Shown: piece by piece, positions 9,357-19,827 of the stretch
Position numbering within the stretch: position 1 is the stretch's first letter
Layout: every line of letters begins with the position of its first letter
Translations under genes and position numbers: made by a program
Source: an uncultured Aliarcobacter sp.
Lineage (GTDB): Bacteria; Campylobacterota; Campylobacteria; Campylobacterales; Arcobacteraceae
Reading direction: 5' to 3'
DNA: 64,000 bases
Assembly: GCA_963677435.1 (NCBI GenBank)
Contig: OY781945.1
Coordinates: 416,001-480,000 of the forward strand
The notes under the pieces: generated by a model
What the model saw: the letters and a program-made list of their open reading frames with translations, nothing else
Told to the model about the DNA's origin: nothing
The model's database searches: none

Positions 9357-10916
9357 AATATCTTGAATTAAAAATTGAGGAGTAACTTCTCCTCTAAACT
9401 CATTTTTGCTAACTGAAACAATTAAATCTAAATTTTTTGATAAATTAATATTTGAATCATTAAATTTTAAGGCTTCAAATATTACTCCATCACTATTTAG
9501 CGTAAGTTTTAAATGATTTTTATCTTTCCCAATTAAATCATATTTTACTAAAGATGTATTTGTTATCCTAAAAATTGGTCTATGATTCTGTAATCCATAA
9601 GGTTCAAATTGTTCAATTATAGATAAAAACTCTAAGTCTACACTTGAAACATCAAGTTCACCTAAAGTAATTGGTTCTATATGTAAATCTTCTTTAAACT
9701 TCTCTAACTCTTGATTAATTATGGTTTTGAACTCTTCAAGGTTTTCTTCTTTTAAAGATAAGCCTGCTGCATTTTTATGTCCACCATAACCTAATAATAA
9801 GTGAGCTGCTTTTGTGATAATATCATATAAATTTATATTAGCATTTGCCCTTGCACTTCCCTTTGCAATTCCATTATGAATAGAAAAAATGAAAGCTGGT
9901 TTTTTATGTGCATTTGATAGTTTTGAAGCAACTATACCAATTACACCCTCGTGCCAATTTTCTCCCCAAACAATTACAGCATTATCGTTTTTATCTGTTT
10001 TTGCTTCAGCTTTTTTTGAAATCTCTTCTTGAAGAGTTTTTCTATAATTATTGAGTTCATCCAAAAGTGATAGGGTTTCATTAGCGCTAAAAGAATCTTT
10101 TGAAAGTAAAAATGATAAAGCAACACTTGCATCATCCATTCTTCCTGCACTATTTAACTTTGGAGCTATAAAGAATCCAACATCATCAGATACAAAAATC
10201 TCTTTTGACATAATTTCATTTAATTTTTTAAAAGCTTCTCTTGATGAGGTTTTAATCTTTTTTAAACCTTGTTTTACAATAGTATAATTAAGTGCTGTCA
10301 TAGGCATAATATCAGCAATAATAGCCACACAAAGCAAATCAAGGAAGTTTGACATATTTACATCTAAGTTCATCTCTTTTTTAATTGCTGCACATAAATA
10401 CCAAGCAACTTGAGCTCCGCAAATATCTTTAAATTCAAAGTTACAATCAGCTTGTTTTGGATTTATAATTGCTAATGCTATTGGAATTTGTTTCCCAACC
10501 GTATGATGATCTGTGATTATCAAATCAATATTTTTTTCTTTTAATTTAACAGAAGCTTCATAGGCTGAAATTCCATTATCAACAGTTATTACTAAACCTT
10601 CATCAATTAAATCAACTATTTTTGTAGATAATCCATAACCATGTTCAAATCTATTTGGAATAATATGATTTACTTTTACCTTTATTGTATTAAAAAAGTC
10701 CAACATTATTGTAGTTGATACAACACCATCAACATCGTAGTCACCTACTATTGTGATAGTTTCTTTTTCTAAAATGGCTTTTTTAATTCTTTTACAAGCA
10801 ATATCAATATCTTTGAATTTTTCTGGTGAAGGAAGGTCTGCAAGTCTTGAATAAGGGTTATTCAAGTGTCTTGCGGATAGTAGTTCAAAAAGTCTACTTT
10901 TTGTGATTTTAGACAT
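9351..10916 (-). CDS. recJ: ssDNA exonuclease RecJ
   Basis: GDYDVDG, ITVDNG, ITDHH, GGH (DHH/DHHA1), EPYG. Confidence 0.96.
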   Translation of the reverse strand: MSKITKSRLFELLSARHLNNPYSRLADLPSPEKFKDIDIACKRIKKAILEKETITIVGDYDVDGVVSTTIMLDFFNTIKVKVNHIIPNRFEHGYGLSTKIVDLIDEGLVITVDNGISAYEASVKLKEKNIDLIITDHHTVGKQIPIALAIINPKQADCNFEFKDICGAQVAWYLCAAIKKEMNLDVNMSNFLDLLCVAIIADIMPMTALNYTIVKQGLKKIKTSSREAFKKLNEIMSKEIFVSDDVGFFIAPKLNSAGRMDDASVALSFLLSKDSFSANETLSLLDELNNYRKTLQEEISKKAEAKTDKNDNAVIVWGENWHEGVIGIVASKLSNAHKKPAFIFSIHNGIAKGSARANANINLYDIITKAAHLLLGYGGHKNAAGLSLKEENLEEFKTIINQELEKFKEDLHIEPITLGELDVSSVDLEFLSIIEQFEPYGLQNHRPIFRITNTSLVKYDLIGKDKNHLKLTLNSDGVIFEALKFNDSNINLSKNLDLIVSVSKNEFRGEVTPQFLIQDIL

Positions 10917-12532
10917 TATTTTTGTTTAGTTGCTTGTTTTACAAACTCTAAAATAATAGGATTTGGTGTCTCTAAGTGTGATGTAAATTCAGGATGAAAT
11001 TGAACTCCCACAAACCAAGGATGATCTTTTAATTCAACAGCTTCAATTAAACCATTTGATTGACCCGAAATAATCATTCCAGCAGTTTCTAGTTGCTCTT
11101 TATATTTAGGATTAGCTTCATATCTATGTCTATGTCTTTCATGGTAAACTTCTTCATTTCCATAAGCTTTTTGTAAATGAGTTCCTTTTAATGGTTCAAA
11201 TGGATATTCACCTAATCTCATAGTTCCACCCATTGGTGATTCGTGAGTTCTTAATTGAGTATTTCCACTTTGATCAATAAATTCATCAATTAAATAAATT
11301 AATGGATTTTTTGTATCTGCATCAAATTCAATAGAGTTTGCATCTTCAAGTCCTAATACATTTCTTGCAAATTCAATAATTGCTAATTGCATTCCAAGAC
11401 AGATTCCAAGATATGGAATTTTATTCTCTCTTGCATATTTAATAGCTGCTAGTTTTCCTTCAACACCTCTGTGCCCAAACCCACCTGCAACTAAAATAGC
11501 ATCAGAATTTCCAATAATATCAAATGCTCCAACATCTTCAATTCTTTCACTATCACACCAGTGAATATTTACTTTTGTATTTAAGTGTGCACCTGAGTGA
11601 ATTAATGCTTCAATAAGTGATTTATATGACTCTTTTAAATCTAAATATTTTCCAACAAAAGCAATTGTAACTTCATTTTGTGGAACTAAAATATTTTTAA
11701 CTAAAGTATCCCATTTTTCCATATTTGGTTTGATTTTGATATTGAAATGTTCTGATAAAGGAGTTAAAATTCCCTCTTTAATAAATTGTAATGGAACTTG
11801 ATAAATTGATTGTGCATCACCAGCTTCAATAACTGCATTTCTATCAATATCACAAGCTAGTGCTAATTTATCTTTTAAATTTTTTGGTAATTCTCTTTCA
11901 GTTCTACAAACTAACATATGTGGAGTAATACCAATTCTTCTTAATTCTTGAACAGAATGTTGAGTTGGTTTTGTTTTTAATTCACCTGCTGCTTTAATAT
12001 AAGGAATTAAACTTAAATGGATATTCATTGTGTTTGTTTTTGGAAGTTCATGTCTAATAGATCTAATTGCTTCCATAAAAGGTAAACCTTCAATGTCTCC
12101 TACCGTTCCACCAAGTTCAATAATTAAAAAATCATTATCATCAGTTGCGGCATAGATTCTTTCTTTAATCTCATCAACAACATGTGGAATTACTTGAATA
12201 GTTTTACCTAAGTAACCACCTTCTCTTTCTCTTTTAATTACACTTTGATAAACTTGTCCAGTTGTAAAACTATTTTTCTTAGTTAGAGTTTTATCAATAA
12301 ATCTTTCATAGTTTCCTAAATCTAAGTCTGTTTCTGCACCATCTGCTGTAACAAATACTTCTCCATGCTCAAGTGGACTCATTGTTCCTGGGTCTACATT
12401 TAAGTAAGGGTCGATTTTAAGCATACTCACTTTAAAGCCTGATTGTTTTAATATTGTTGCAATTGAAGCAGAAGTTATACCTTTTCCTAGTGAACTAAGA
12501 ACTCCACCTGTTACAAAAATGAATTTTGTCAT
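10916..12532 (-). CDS. pyrG: CTP synthase
   Basis: [42 protein letters not shown]. Confidence 0.98.
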   Translation of the reverse strand: MTKFIFVTGGVLSSLGKGITSASIATILKQSGFKVSMLKIDPYLNVDPGTMSPLEHGEVFVTADGAETDLDLGNYERFIDKTLTKKNSFTTGQVYQSVIKREREGGYLGKTIQVIPHVVDEIKERIYAATDDNDFLIIELGGTVGDIEGLPFMEAIRSIRHELPKTNTMNIHLSLIPYIKAAGELKTKPTQHSVQELRRIGITPHMLVCRTERELPKNLKDKLALACDIDRNAVIEAGDAQSIYQVPLQFIKEGILTPLSEHFNIKIKPNMEKWDTLVKNILVPQNEVTIAFVGKYLDLKESYKSLIEALIHSGAHLNTKVNIHWCDSERIEDVGAFDIIGNSDAILVAGGFGHRGVEGKLAAIKYARENKIPYLGICLGMQLAIIEFARNVLGLEDANSIEFDADTKNPLIYLIDEFIDQSGNTQLRTHESPMGGTMRLGEYPFEPLKGTHLQKAYGNEEVYHERHRHRYEANPKYKEQLETAGMIISGQSNGLIEAVELKDHPWFVGVQFHPEFTSHLETPNPIILEFVKQATKQK

Positions 12533-12619
12533 TAAAATACTCCATAAAATAGTTGATAAATATATAATCGCGATTGTATCTAAGTTTTGTTGATAGTTAA
12601 GTTAAGCAGAGTGTAAAGT

Positions 12620-12647
12620 TACTAGATAAGAGAACTCTTATCTAGTA
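12620..12647 (-). terminator. Hairpin after ccoG, probable terminator
   Basis: Perfect inverted repeat TACTAGATAAGAG-AA-CTCTTATCTAGTA 5 nt past the ccoG stop. Confidence 0.75.
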
Positions 12648-12652
12648 TGTAA

Positions 12653-14035
12653 TTATTTAAGTTCGTCTAATCTAGGGTAGATAAATACGGCTTTTCTATA
12701 AACCACAACATTTTCTGGATCTTCTTTTGCATAAGCTTTTAAGGTAACCGTTATTGGTGTATCTTTTACTTTATCACTTACTAAAATTTTATCAGTTTCA
12801 AGTATAACAACTTTTTTTGCAAGTTTTCCAGGACTTAAAGTAAATGGTTCAAATCTTGTGATTTTAATATCAGGATTATCAACAATTTCTAAGTCATAAG
12901 TTAATGGTTTTGATTCTGTATTTTGGAACAGTAATACAAAATTATTAGCAACTACATGATTCTCTTTTATTTTATAAAGTTGAGTTGTTTTATTGATATT
13001 TAAAAGCATATGCTCTTTTTCTCCACCCATTAAGAATAGTAATCCTATCACAACTACTAATGCAACTGAATACATAATAGTTGATCTTCTAATCATTTTT
13101 GTAGGAATATCATTTTTAATTGCATTTGTACTTGACCATTGAACAAGAGAAGGTTTCCCTAATTTCCCCATAACACTTGTACATGCATCTACACACTCTA
13201 AGCAATTTATACACTCAAGTTGTAAACCTTTTCTAATATCTATGTGCGTTGGACAAACAGTTACACAAGCTTCACAAGTTGTACACTCATTTTTAGTATC
13301 TGGTAAATCTTTTGCTTTGAAAATGATTTTTTCTTTATTATCATTATAAATTGTACCACCTCTATTTGTAGAGTAAATAGCTTGATATGTATCATTGTCA
13401 TATAAAACTGATTGAACTCTTGAGTAAGGACAGATATAAACACAGAAATCTTCTTTTAAAAATACAACATCATAAACTAAAAATGCTGCAATGCATAAAA
13501 CAAATCCAATTAAAAATAGATGTTCTGTAGGATTTTGTAAATATGCTAGGAAATCTTCTGGTGGCACAAAATACCACATAAAATCAGCTGCTGCAATTAA
13601 TGCTAATAAAGCCCAAAGTATAATACCTATAACTTTTTTTGTTTTATTTTCAGCTTTAGATAAATCTGGTTCTTTTTGTTTGTTTTTAATTCTTCTTAAT
13701 CCTAAAAGCCAAGATTCAATTAAATCTCTATATATAACTCTAAAAATTGTTTGTGGACATGCCCACCCGCACCAAGCTCTACCACCAAGAGAAGTTGCAG
13801 CAAATATTCCTAAAAATAGAAGCATTAATAAAAATGGCATTAAATATAACTCTTGCATATCAAATGCAGTTCCTAATAAATGCAATTGCTTCTTATCAAA
13901 AGATAATAAAAATATATGATTACCATCAATTCTGATAAAAGGTAAACCTAATGCAACAATACTGGCAATTAAATAACCAATATATCTTCTATATCTGTAA
14001 GGAGTTTTATTTGAAAACTCATTTTTTTCGCTCAT
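12653..14035 (-). CDS. ccoG: Cytochrome cbb3 oxidase accessory protein CcoG/FixG
   Basis: GRAWCGWACPQ, CVYICPY, two 4Fe-4S motifs (CTTCEACVTVCP, CINCLECVDAC), TM helices. Confidence 0.95.
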   Translation of the reverse strand: MSEKNEFSNKTPYRYRRYIGYLIASIVALGLPFIRIDGNHIFLLSFDKKQLHLLGTAFDMQELYLMPFLLMLLFLGIFAATSLGGRAWCGWACPQTIFRVIYRDLIESWLLGLRRIKNKQKEPDLSKAENKTKKVIGIILWALLALIAAADFMWYFVPPEDFLAYLQNPTEHLFLIGFVLCIAAFLVYDVVFLKEDFCVYICPYSRVQSVLYDNDTYQAIYSTNRGGTIYNDNKEKIIFKAKDLPDTKNECTTCEACVTVCPTHIDIRKGLQLECINCLECVDACTSVMGKLGKPSLVQWSSTNAIKNDIPTKMIRRSTIMYSVALVVVIGLLFLMGGEKEHMLLNINKTTQLYKIKENHVVANNFVLLFQNTESKPLTYDLEIVDNPDIKITRFEPFTLSPGKLAKKVVILETDKILVSDKVKDTPITVTLKAYAKEDPENVVVYRKAVFIYPRLDELK

Positions 14036-14064
14036 TATAAGACCTTTATAATTTTTTTTAATTC

Positions 14065-14117
14065 TATATAAACAAACCTTATAATTTGCATAATTAATTA
14101 TAAGATTTGGTTATATA
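14065..14117. repeat. 22-bp imperfect inverted repeat upstream of ccoG
   Basis: TATATAAACAAACCTTATAATT-9nt-AATTATAAGATTTGGTTATATA, 20/22 complementary. Confidence 0.7.
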
Positions 14118-14133
14118 TAAATATTTGTAAGAG

Positions 14134-14970
14134 TTATATTTGTAATAATTTATTGAATAATTCTATTTTATTTTTTATTTCTAAAATATAATTATCAAGA
14201 TTTTGAATTTTAAAATTTGTGATTGTTGGATAGCTTTTAATGATTAAATCAAATTTGATAATTAAATCTTTTAGATTAGTATATTCAATTACTGGAAGAT
14301 TTAATTGCTTTATTAATTTGTCATCATAAGTTTTATCAACTCTTTTAAATAATACTGGATAATTACCACAAGCAAGTGACTCAAATGCAGTCTGTATTGA
14401 TGTTGTCAAGAGATATTTTGAGTTTTGAATTGTTTGTACATACTCTTCTTCATCAATCACATTTGAAAAATATTTGGTGAAAATCTTTTCATTTCCAAGA
14501 AAAAAATAGTGCCCCATTAAAAGATTTAAATCAAATTTCTCATTTTCTTTTGTCATTTCTAAAAAAAGATTATTATAATCATCATCCCCAAAAAATATTG
14601 TTTTTTCAAGGGTTGGAGTTTGATTTTTACAATAAAGAGATTCATCAACAATAATTCCATCTATTTCCACACCAACTTCATAAAGAAAAGTACAAAATTC
14701 TTTCATATCATTTTTCATCTCTTCATTAACTTCAGGAGTATCATAAATTAAAATATCTCTTCTATGCATAATATTATGAAGATTTCTTACTACATCAATA
14801 TTTACATATTTTTTAATACCTAGGTTGTCTTTTGCAAAAGCACCAGCTCTAAAGTCACTTGTACATAGAATAGGCTCGAACTCTTTGAGTGCATTTGCAA
14901 TTGCTGCACATCTTTTTGTTGCATCCAATCCAATTGTATGGCCACTTTTTGCATATAAATAAACTTGCAT
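14134..14970 (-). CDS. Hypothetical protein, probable degenerate PseG-like GT-B fold
   Basis: N-terminal AKSGHTIGLDATKRCAAIA resembles the PseG IGxGHxxR motif; C-terminal TAFESLACG resembles GT-B T.yE...g. Confidence 0.55.
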   Translation of the reverse strand: MQVYLYAKSGHTIGLDATKRCAAIANALKEFEPILCTSDFRAGAFAKDNLGIKKYVNIDVVRNLHNIMHRRDILIYDTPEVNEEMKNDMKEFCTFLYEVGVEIDGIIVDESLYCKNQTPTLEKTIFFGDDDYNNLFLEMTKENEKFDLNLLMGHYFFLGNEKIFTKYFSNVIDEEEYVQTIQNSKYLLTTSIQTAFESLACGNYPVLFKRVDKTYDDKLIKQLNLPVIEYTNLKDLIIKFDLIIKSYPTITNFKIQNLDNYILEIKNKIELFNKLLQI

Positions 14971-15096
14971 ACTATAAACCTTTAGAAAATAAATTAAGAG
15001 TCTTACGATTGTAAAATTGTATCTAAAATAAAAAAAAGTTTCTTGATATTAAAGTTTAATACAATAGAATATATAAAATTACAATAAGGAGAATTT

Positions 15097-16119
15097 ATGA
15101 AGCTATCATTGAAAAGAGTAATGTATATATGTTTTTTTATGTTTGCATTTTTAAATATAAATGTAAATGCTCAAGAGGGAAAATTAAGTGGTGGAGTATC
15201 CCATGAAATACCTAGTTGGTTTAAAGAAAGTTTCTTAGACATAAAAGAAGATATTGATGAAGCAAAGGCAAAAAATAGACATTATATGATATTTATGGAT
15301 TTAGATGCTTGTCCTTATTGTGCCAAAATGTTAAAAGATAATTTTATAAATCAAAATAAAACAAGTGATTTTATAAAAAAATATTTTGATGTTGTAGAGA
15401 TAAATGTAAAAGGAAGTAGGGAAGTTACTTGGGATGAAAATACAACTTTAAGCGAAAAAGAACTAGCTACTAAATTAGAGATTCAATATAGTCCTACAAT
15501 CTTATTTTTTGATGATAAGAAAGAGATTGTTTTAAGAGTAAATGGATATAGAAGTCCAGAAGATTTTAAATTGATTTTAGAATATATTCAAGGTGAATAT
15601 TATAAAAAGATGAATTTAATGGAATATGCTAATAAAATAGATAAACAAACTCTTTATACCTTTAAAGATAATGATATGTTTAAAAATATCAAAGATTTAT
15701 CAAAAATAAAAACACCTCTTGCAATTATTTTTGAAGATGGAAGTTGTACTCAATGTGATTATTTTCATGATAAATTATTAAAAAATAAAGATGTAATAAG
15801 TGAATTGAAAAAATTTACAGCAGTAAGATTAGATGCAAATAGTACAGAGCAAATTATTGATGTTGATGGAAATAAAACAACACCAAAAGAGTGGGCACAA
15901 AAAATAAACCTAGATTATAGACCAGGCGTTTTACTTTATGATGATAAAAAACTAATCACAACTGTTGATGCACTTTTATATTCATTTCATTTCAAAGAGA
16001 TATTAAGATATGTAAGTGGGAAATATTATGAGCAATATCCAAGAAGTTATTTGGATTATTTAAAAGTAAGAGAATCTGAACTTTTAAAACAAGGCATAAA
16101 TATTAACATTGCAGAATAA
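15097..16119 (+). CDS. Secreted two-domain SoxW-like thioredoxin
   Basis: Signal peptide; PSWFKESFLD; CPYC and CTQC; cis-Pro loops YSPT and YRPG. Confidence 0.8.
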   Translation: MKLSLKRVMYICFFMFAFLNINVNAQEGKLSGGVSHEIPSWFKESFLDIKEDIDEAKAKNRHYMIFMDLDACPYCAKMLKDNFINQNKTSDFIKKYFDVVEINVKGSREVTWDENTTLSEKELATKLEIQYSPTILFFDDKKEIVLRVNGYRSPEDFKLILEYIQGEYYKKMNLMEYANKIDKQTLYTFKDNDMFKNIKDLSKIKTPLAIIFEDGSCTQCDYFHDKLLKNKDVISELKKFTAVRLDANSTEQIIDVDGNKTTPKEWAQKINLDYRPGVLLYDDKKLITTVDALLYSFHFKEILRYVSGKYYEQYPRSYLDYLKVRESELLKQGININIAE

Positions 16120-16153
16120 AAGAGATAACACTTTGAAAGAAGTGTTATTCCTT
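16120..16153 (+). terminator. Hairpin after the SoxW-like gene
   Basis: AAGAGATAACACTT-TGAAAG-AAGTGTTATTCCTT directly after the stop. Confidence 0.65.
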
Positions 16154-16238
16154 GACTCTATAAAATCTTTTTTCCAAAAAAACTAACATTTAAAAAACTT
16201 CTAACTAATATAAATTTTATTCTATAAAATGGTCAATT

Positions 16239-16301
16239 TGCAGAATTAGGCAAGAAATATGGAGAAATTATATACTGAAATGATTCAAAACTTTCTATAA
16301 T
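16239..16301 (+). promoter_or_regulatory. iorA promoter with candidate AraC-family tandem sites
   Basis: TGCAGAATTAGGCAAG (16239) and TGGAGAAATTATA (16260), 21 bp apart; TATAAT at 16296-16301. Confidence 0.5.
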
Positions 16302-16337
16302 ATAAATGGATAAAAGTTTTATTATAAAGGAAAATTA

Positions 16338-16793
16338 ATGCAATTTATTACAATAAATGATAAAAAATATGAATTAAAAGATATATCAGAAGAGACACCA
16401 ATATTATGGGTATTAAGAGATCATTTAAATATGACAGGTACGAAGTTTGGATGTGGTGTTGGACAATGTGGAGCCTGTACCGTGTTACTTGACAATGTTG
16501 CTATTAGAAGTTGCTCAACTCCTCTTAGTGAAGTTGGAAATAAAAAAATTACTACAATAGAAACGCAAACAGATAAAACTGTACAAAAACTGCAAAAATT
16601 CTGGATACAAGAAGATGTAGTTCAATGTGGATATTGTCAATCAGGACAAATTATGAATGCAGCAAGTCTTGTAAAAGTAAATCCAAGACCAAGTGAAGAT
16701 GAAATTGTAAAAGCCATGAATGGAAATATCTGTAGATGTGGTACATATAATAAAATAAAAACAGCTATAAAAGCTGCAACAATGGAGGCTTAA
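16338..16793 (+). CDS. 2x[2Fe-2S] small subunit, IorA-type (xanthine oxidase family)
   Basis: GTKFGCGVGQCGACTV, QCGYCQSGQ, NICRCGTY. Confidence 0.95.
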   Translation: MQFITINDKKYELKDISEETPILWVLRDHLNMTGTKFGCGVGQCGACTVLLDNVAIRSCSTPLSEVGNKKITTIETQTDKTVQKLQKFWIQEDVVQCGYCQSGQIMNAASLVKVNPRPSEDEIVKAMNGNICRCGTYNKIKTAIKAATMEA

Positions 16794-16794
16794 G

Positions 16795-18930
16795 ATGCAA
16801 AGAAGAGATTTTTTAAAAACAACTACTGCTGTAAGTGCAGCATTTGTTATTGGGTTTTATGTACCAACTAAATCAAAAGCTAGTGAAACTAAAAAAGAAG
16901 AAAAACCATTACAACCAAATGCTTTTGTTGAAATAACACCAGACAATAATATTAACTTTATTATTGGGCAAGTTGAAATGGGACAAGGTACATATACAAC
17001 TCTATCTATGTGTATAGCTGAAGAGTTAAATGTACATTGGAAAGATATAAACTTCAAACCAGCAACAATCGCACCAGTTTATTACAGCGTTTTTGGGCCA
17101 TTAATGATAACAGGTGGTTCATCTTCTGTTTATAGTAAACAATTAGAAATGAGAAAAATTGGAGCTGCTGTAAATGAGATGTTAATTGAAGCTGCTTCTA
17201 AAAAATGGAAAGTAAGAGCTTATGATGTTTATACAAAAGATTCAAAAGTTTTTAATAAGAAAACTAAAGAAAGCATGAATTTTGGTGATTTAGTAAGTGA
17301 ATTATCAAGTATGAAAATTCCAACTAATCCTAAAATAAAAGAGCTAAAAGATTGTAAATTTGTAGGTAAGCCACAACCTAGACATCCAAAAGAGGCTTGG
17401 GCAAAAGTTACTGGAAAAGCAGAATTTGGAATAGATGTTAGAATTCCAAATATGAAATATGCAGCTGTTTATCACCCTACAATATTTGGCTCAAAAATAA
17501 AAAGCTTTGATGCAAGTAAAGTTTTACAAAAACAAGGCGTAATAAAAGTAAAACAAATCCCTTCTGGAATTGCTGTTATTGCTGAACATTGGTGGATAGC
17601 TAAACAGGCTTTACTTGATATAACTGTAGTATTAGAAAATGATGAATTTAAAAATACAAGTGAAAAAGAATTAGATGCACAATATTCTGCAATGATGGAA
17701 AAAGATGGTGCATCTATGAGAAAAGATGGAGATAGTAAAAAAGCTTTTGAAAGTGCAAAAAAAGTAATCGAAGCAGAATATAATTATCCATTTTTAGCCC
17801 ATGCAGCAATGGAACCTTTAGGTATAGTTGTTCATCAAGAAAAAGAAAAAGCAACTGTATGGTCTTCATCACAATCACAAACAATGGCGTTAGGGGCAAT
17901 TTCAAAAGTATTAGATGTAAAACCTGAAAACATCAAATACAACACTCCATATTTAGGTGGAGGTTTTGGAAGAAGAGGCTCTATTAATTTAGATTTTGTT
18001 TTAGATGGTGCTTATGTTTCAAAAGATGAAGAGTTCCCAATTATGACATTATGGACAAGAGAAGATGACATCAAAATGGGTAACTATAGACCTAAATATA
18101 AAAATAGAGTTAAAGTTGCTTTAGATGAAAAAGGAAATATCTCAGCATTTGATGCAAAAGTAACTTCACAATCTATTTTCAAAGGTTCTCTTTTTGAAGG
18201 ATTTGGATATATAAATGGTGTTGATGGAGGACAAAAAGAAGGACTGGCAGATCATCCTTATAGTATAAATAATCATGATATGCAAGCTTATACTGTAGAT
18301 TCTCCAATCCCTGTATTATGGTGGAGATCAGTTGGTCACACACAAAGTTCTCCAACAATTGAAGGCATAGTTGATGAAGCAGCATTTGCAGCTGGAATTG
18401 ACCCTATTGAGTATAGATTAAAAATGTTAACAGATCATAGATTTATAACTGTATTAAAAGATGTGGCTAAAAAAGCAGATTGGGCAAATAGAAAAAAAGA
18501 AGATAATGTAGGTTATGGTGTAGCTATTCATGAATCTTTTGGAACAATTTGTGCTCAAATTGCAAAGGTGAGAGTTACAAAAGATGATTTCAAAGTAGAA
18601 AAAGTATGGGCAAGTGTTGATTGTGGATTTGCATTCAATCCTCAAAATGTAGAAAATCAAATAACTGGTTCTATAAACTTTGGAATAGCAGCACTTAAAT
18701 ATAGTGAAATAACTATCAATAATGGTGAAGCACTACAAAACAATTTCTTTGATTATACAGTAACTAGAATTTCTGATTCTCCTGAAATGGAAGTAAGTAT
18801 CATAAACTCAGGTGAAAAAATAGGTGGTATTGGTGAACCTGGTGTTCCTCCAATTTTAGCTGCAGTTCCTAATGCGCTATTTGATGCAACTGGAAAAAGA
18901 TATCACTCTATGCCAATTAAAATAGGTTAA
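16795..18930 (+). CDS. Tat-exported molybdopterin-binding subunit, IorB-type aldehyde/isoquinoline oxidoreductase
   Basis: QRRDFLK twin-arginine signal; EMGQG, TGGSSS, HAAMEP, GGGFGRR, WWRSV, GGIGEP. Confidence 0.92.
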   Translation: MQRRDFLKTTTAVSAAFVIGFYVPTKSKASETKKEEKPLQPNAFVEITPDNNINFIIGQVEMGQGTYTTLSMCIAEELNVHWKDINFKPATIAPVYYSVFGPLMITGGSSSVYSKQLEMRKIGAAVNEMLIEAASKKWKVRAYDVYTKDSKVFNKKTKESMNFGDLVSELSSMKIPTNPKIKELKDCKFVGKPQPRHPKEAWAKVTGKAEFGIDVRIPNMKYAAVYHPTIFGSKIKSFDASKVLQKQGVIKVKQIPSGIAVIAEHWWIAKQALLDITVVLENDEFKNTSEKELDAQYSAMMEKDGASMRKDGDSKKAFESAKKVIEAEYNYPFLAHAAMEPLGIVVHQEKEKATVWSSSQSQTMALGAISKVLDVKPENIKYNTPYLGGGFGRRGSINLDFVLDGAYVSKDEEFPIMTLWTREDDIKMGNYRPKYKNRVKVALDEKGNISAFDAKVTSQSIFKGSLFEGFGYINGVDGGQKEGLADHPYSINNHDMQAYTVDSPIPVLWWRSVGHTQSSPTIEGIVDEAAFAAGIDPIEYRLKMLTDHRFITVLKDVAKKADWANRKKEDNVGYGVAIHESFGTICAQIAKVRVTKDDFKVEKVWASVDCGFAFNPQNVENQITGSINFGIAALKYSEITINNGEALQNNFFDYTVTRISDSPEMEVSIINSGEKIGGIGEPGVPPILAAVPNALFDATGKRYHSMPIKIG

Positions 18931-18936
18931 TATCTA

Positions 18937-19827
18937 ATGTTTGAGAATAAAGAGTATTTAAAATTTATTCAAAATAGTAAAAAACAAGGTCTTGATTTAG
19001 TAGGAGTTAGTGTTGTACAAACACTAGGTTCTACTTATGCAAAAGCTGGAAATCTTATGCTTATAAACTCTAATTTAGAGTTTGTAGGTATTTTTGGAAG
19101 TAAACATTTGCATAATCAAATTTTAGAGTATACAAAAACTGCCTTTGAAAATAAAAAATCCTTATATTTTGAAAATGTTCCAAAAGATGAGTCTTCAGGA
19201 CATGGTTCTAGTAAATATTTTCTACAAGCTTACTTTTTCAAAGATGATTATGGAATATTGGGTGAGTCATTAAAAAGTTTTAGCAAAACATTAATAAGAG
19301 ATATAAAAACTGATGAGTATGAATTTAAAAATGAAAAAATTGAAACAAAATTTGATAAAAACAAATTCTATCAAACAATAAAATTACCTTATTCTCTTTT
19401 GATTTTTGGTTCAGGTGCTCATGTTACATCCCTTGTAAGTATGGCAAATCTTATGGGTTGGAAAACTACAGTTATGGATATAAATATTAAAAAGCATTAT
19501 GTAAATCAAGCAGATGAAATAATAGAATTACAGAACTTTGAAGATATATTATCTATGGATTTAAGTTATTATAATGCCTCAGTTATTTTAAGTCATAGTC
19601 CAAAAACAGATGATACATATTTAAAAGCTTTACTTAACTCAAAAGTTGAATATATAGGACTTATGGGGAATAAAACAAATATGAAACGAAAAACTGAAGA
19701 GTTTAATCTTGAAAATGACAAAAGATTTTTTGCTCCGGTTGGTTTTGATATAGGTGGAAACACTCACCAATCAATAGCTTTATCAATTTGTGCACAAATT
19801 GAAGCAAGAAAAAATGCAAAAATCTAA
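18937..19827 (+). CDS. XdhC/CoxI-family Moco insertion chaperone
   Basis: GSTYAKAG, LLIFGSGAH, YIGLMG, APVGFDIGG..IALSI.AQI. Confidence 0.9.
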   Translation: MFENKEYLKFIQNSKKQGLDLVGVSVVQTLGSTYAKAGNLMLINSNLEFVGIFGSKHLHNQILEYTKTAFENKKSLYFENVPKDESSGHGSSKYFLQAYFFKDDYGILGESLKSFSKTLIRDIKTDEYEFKNEKIETKFDKNKFYQTIKLPYSLLIFGSGAHVTSLVSMANLMGWKTTVMDINIKKHYVNQADEIIELQNFEDILSMDLSYYNASVILSHSPKTDDTYLKALLNSKVEYIGLMGNKTNMKRKTEEFNLENDKRFFAPVGFDIGGNTHQSIALSICAQIEARKNAKI

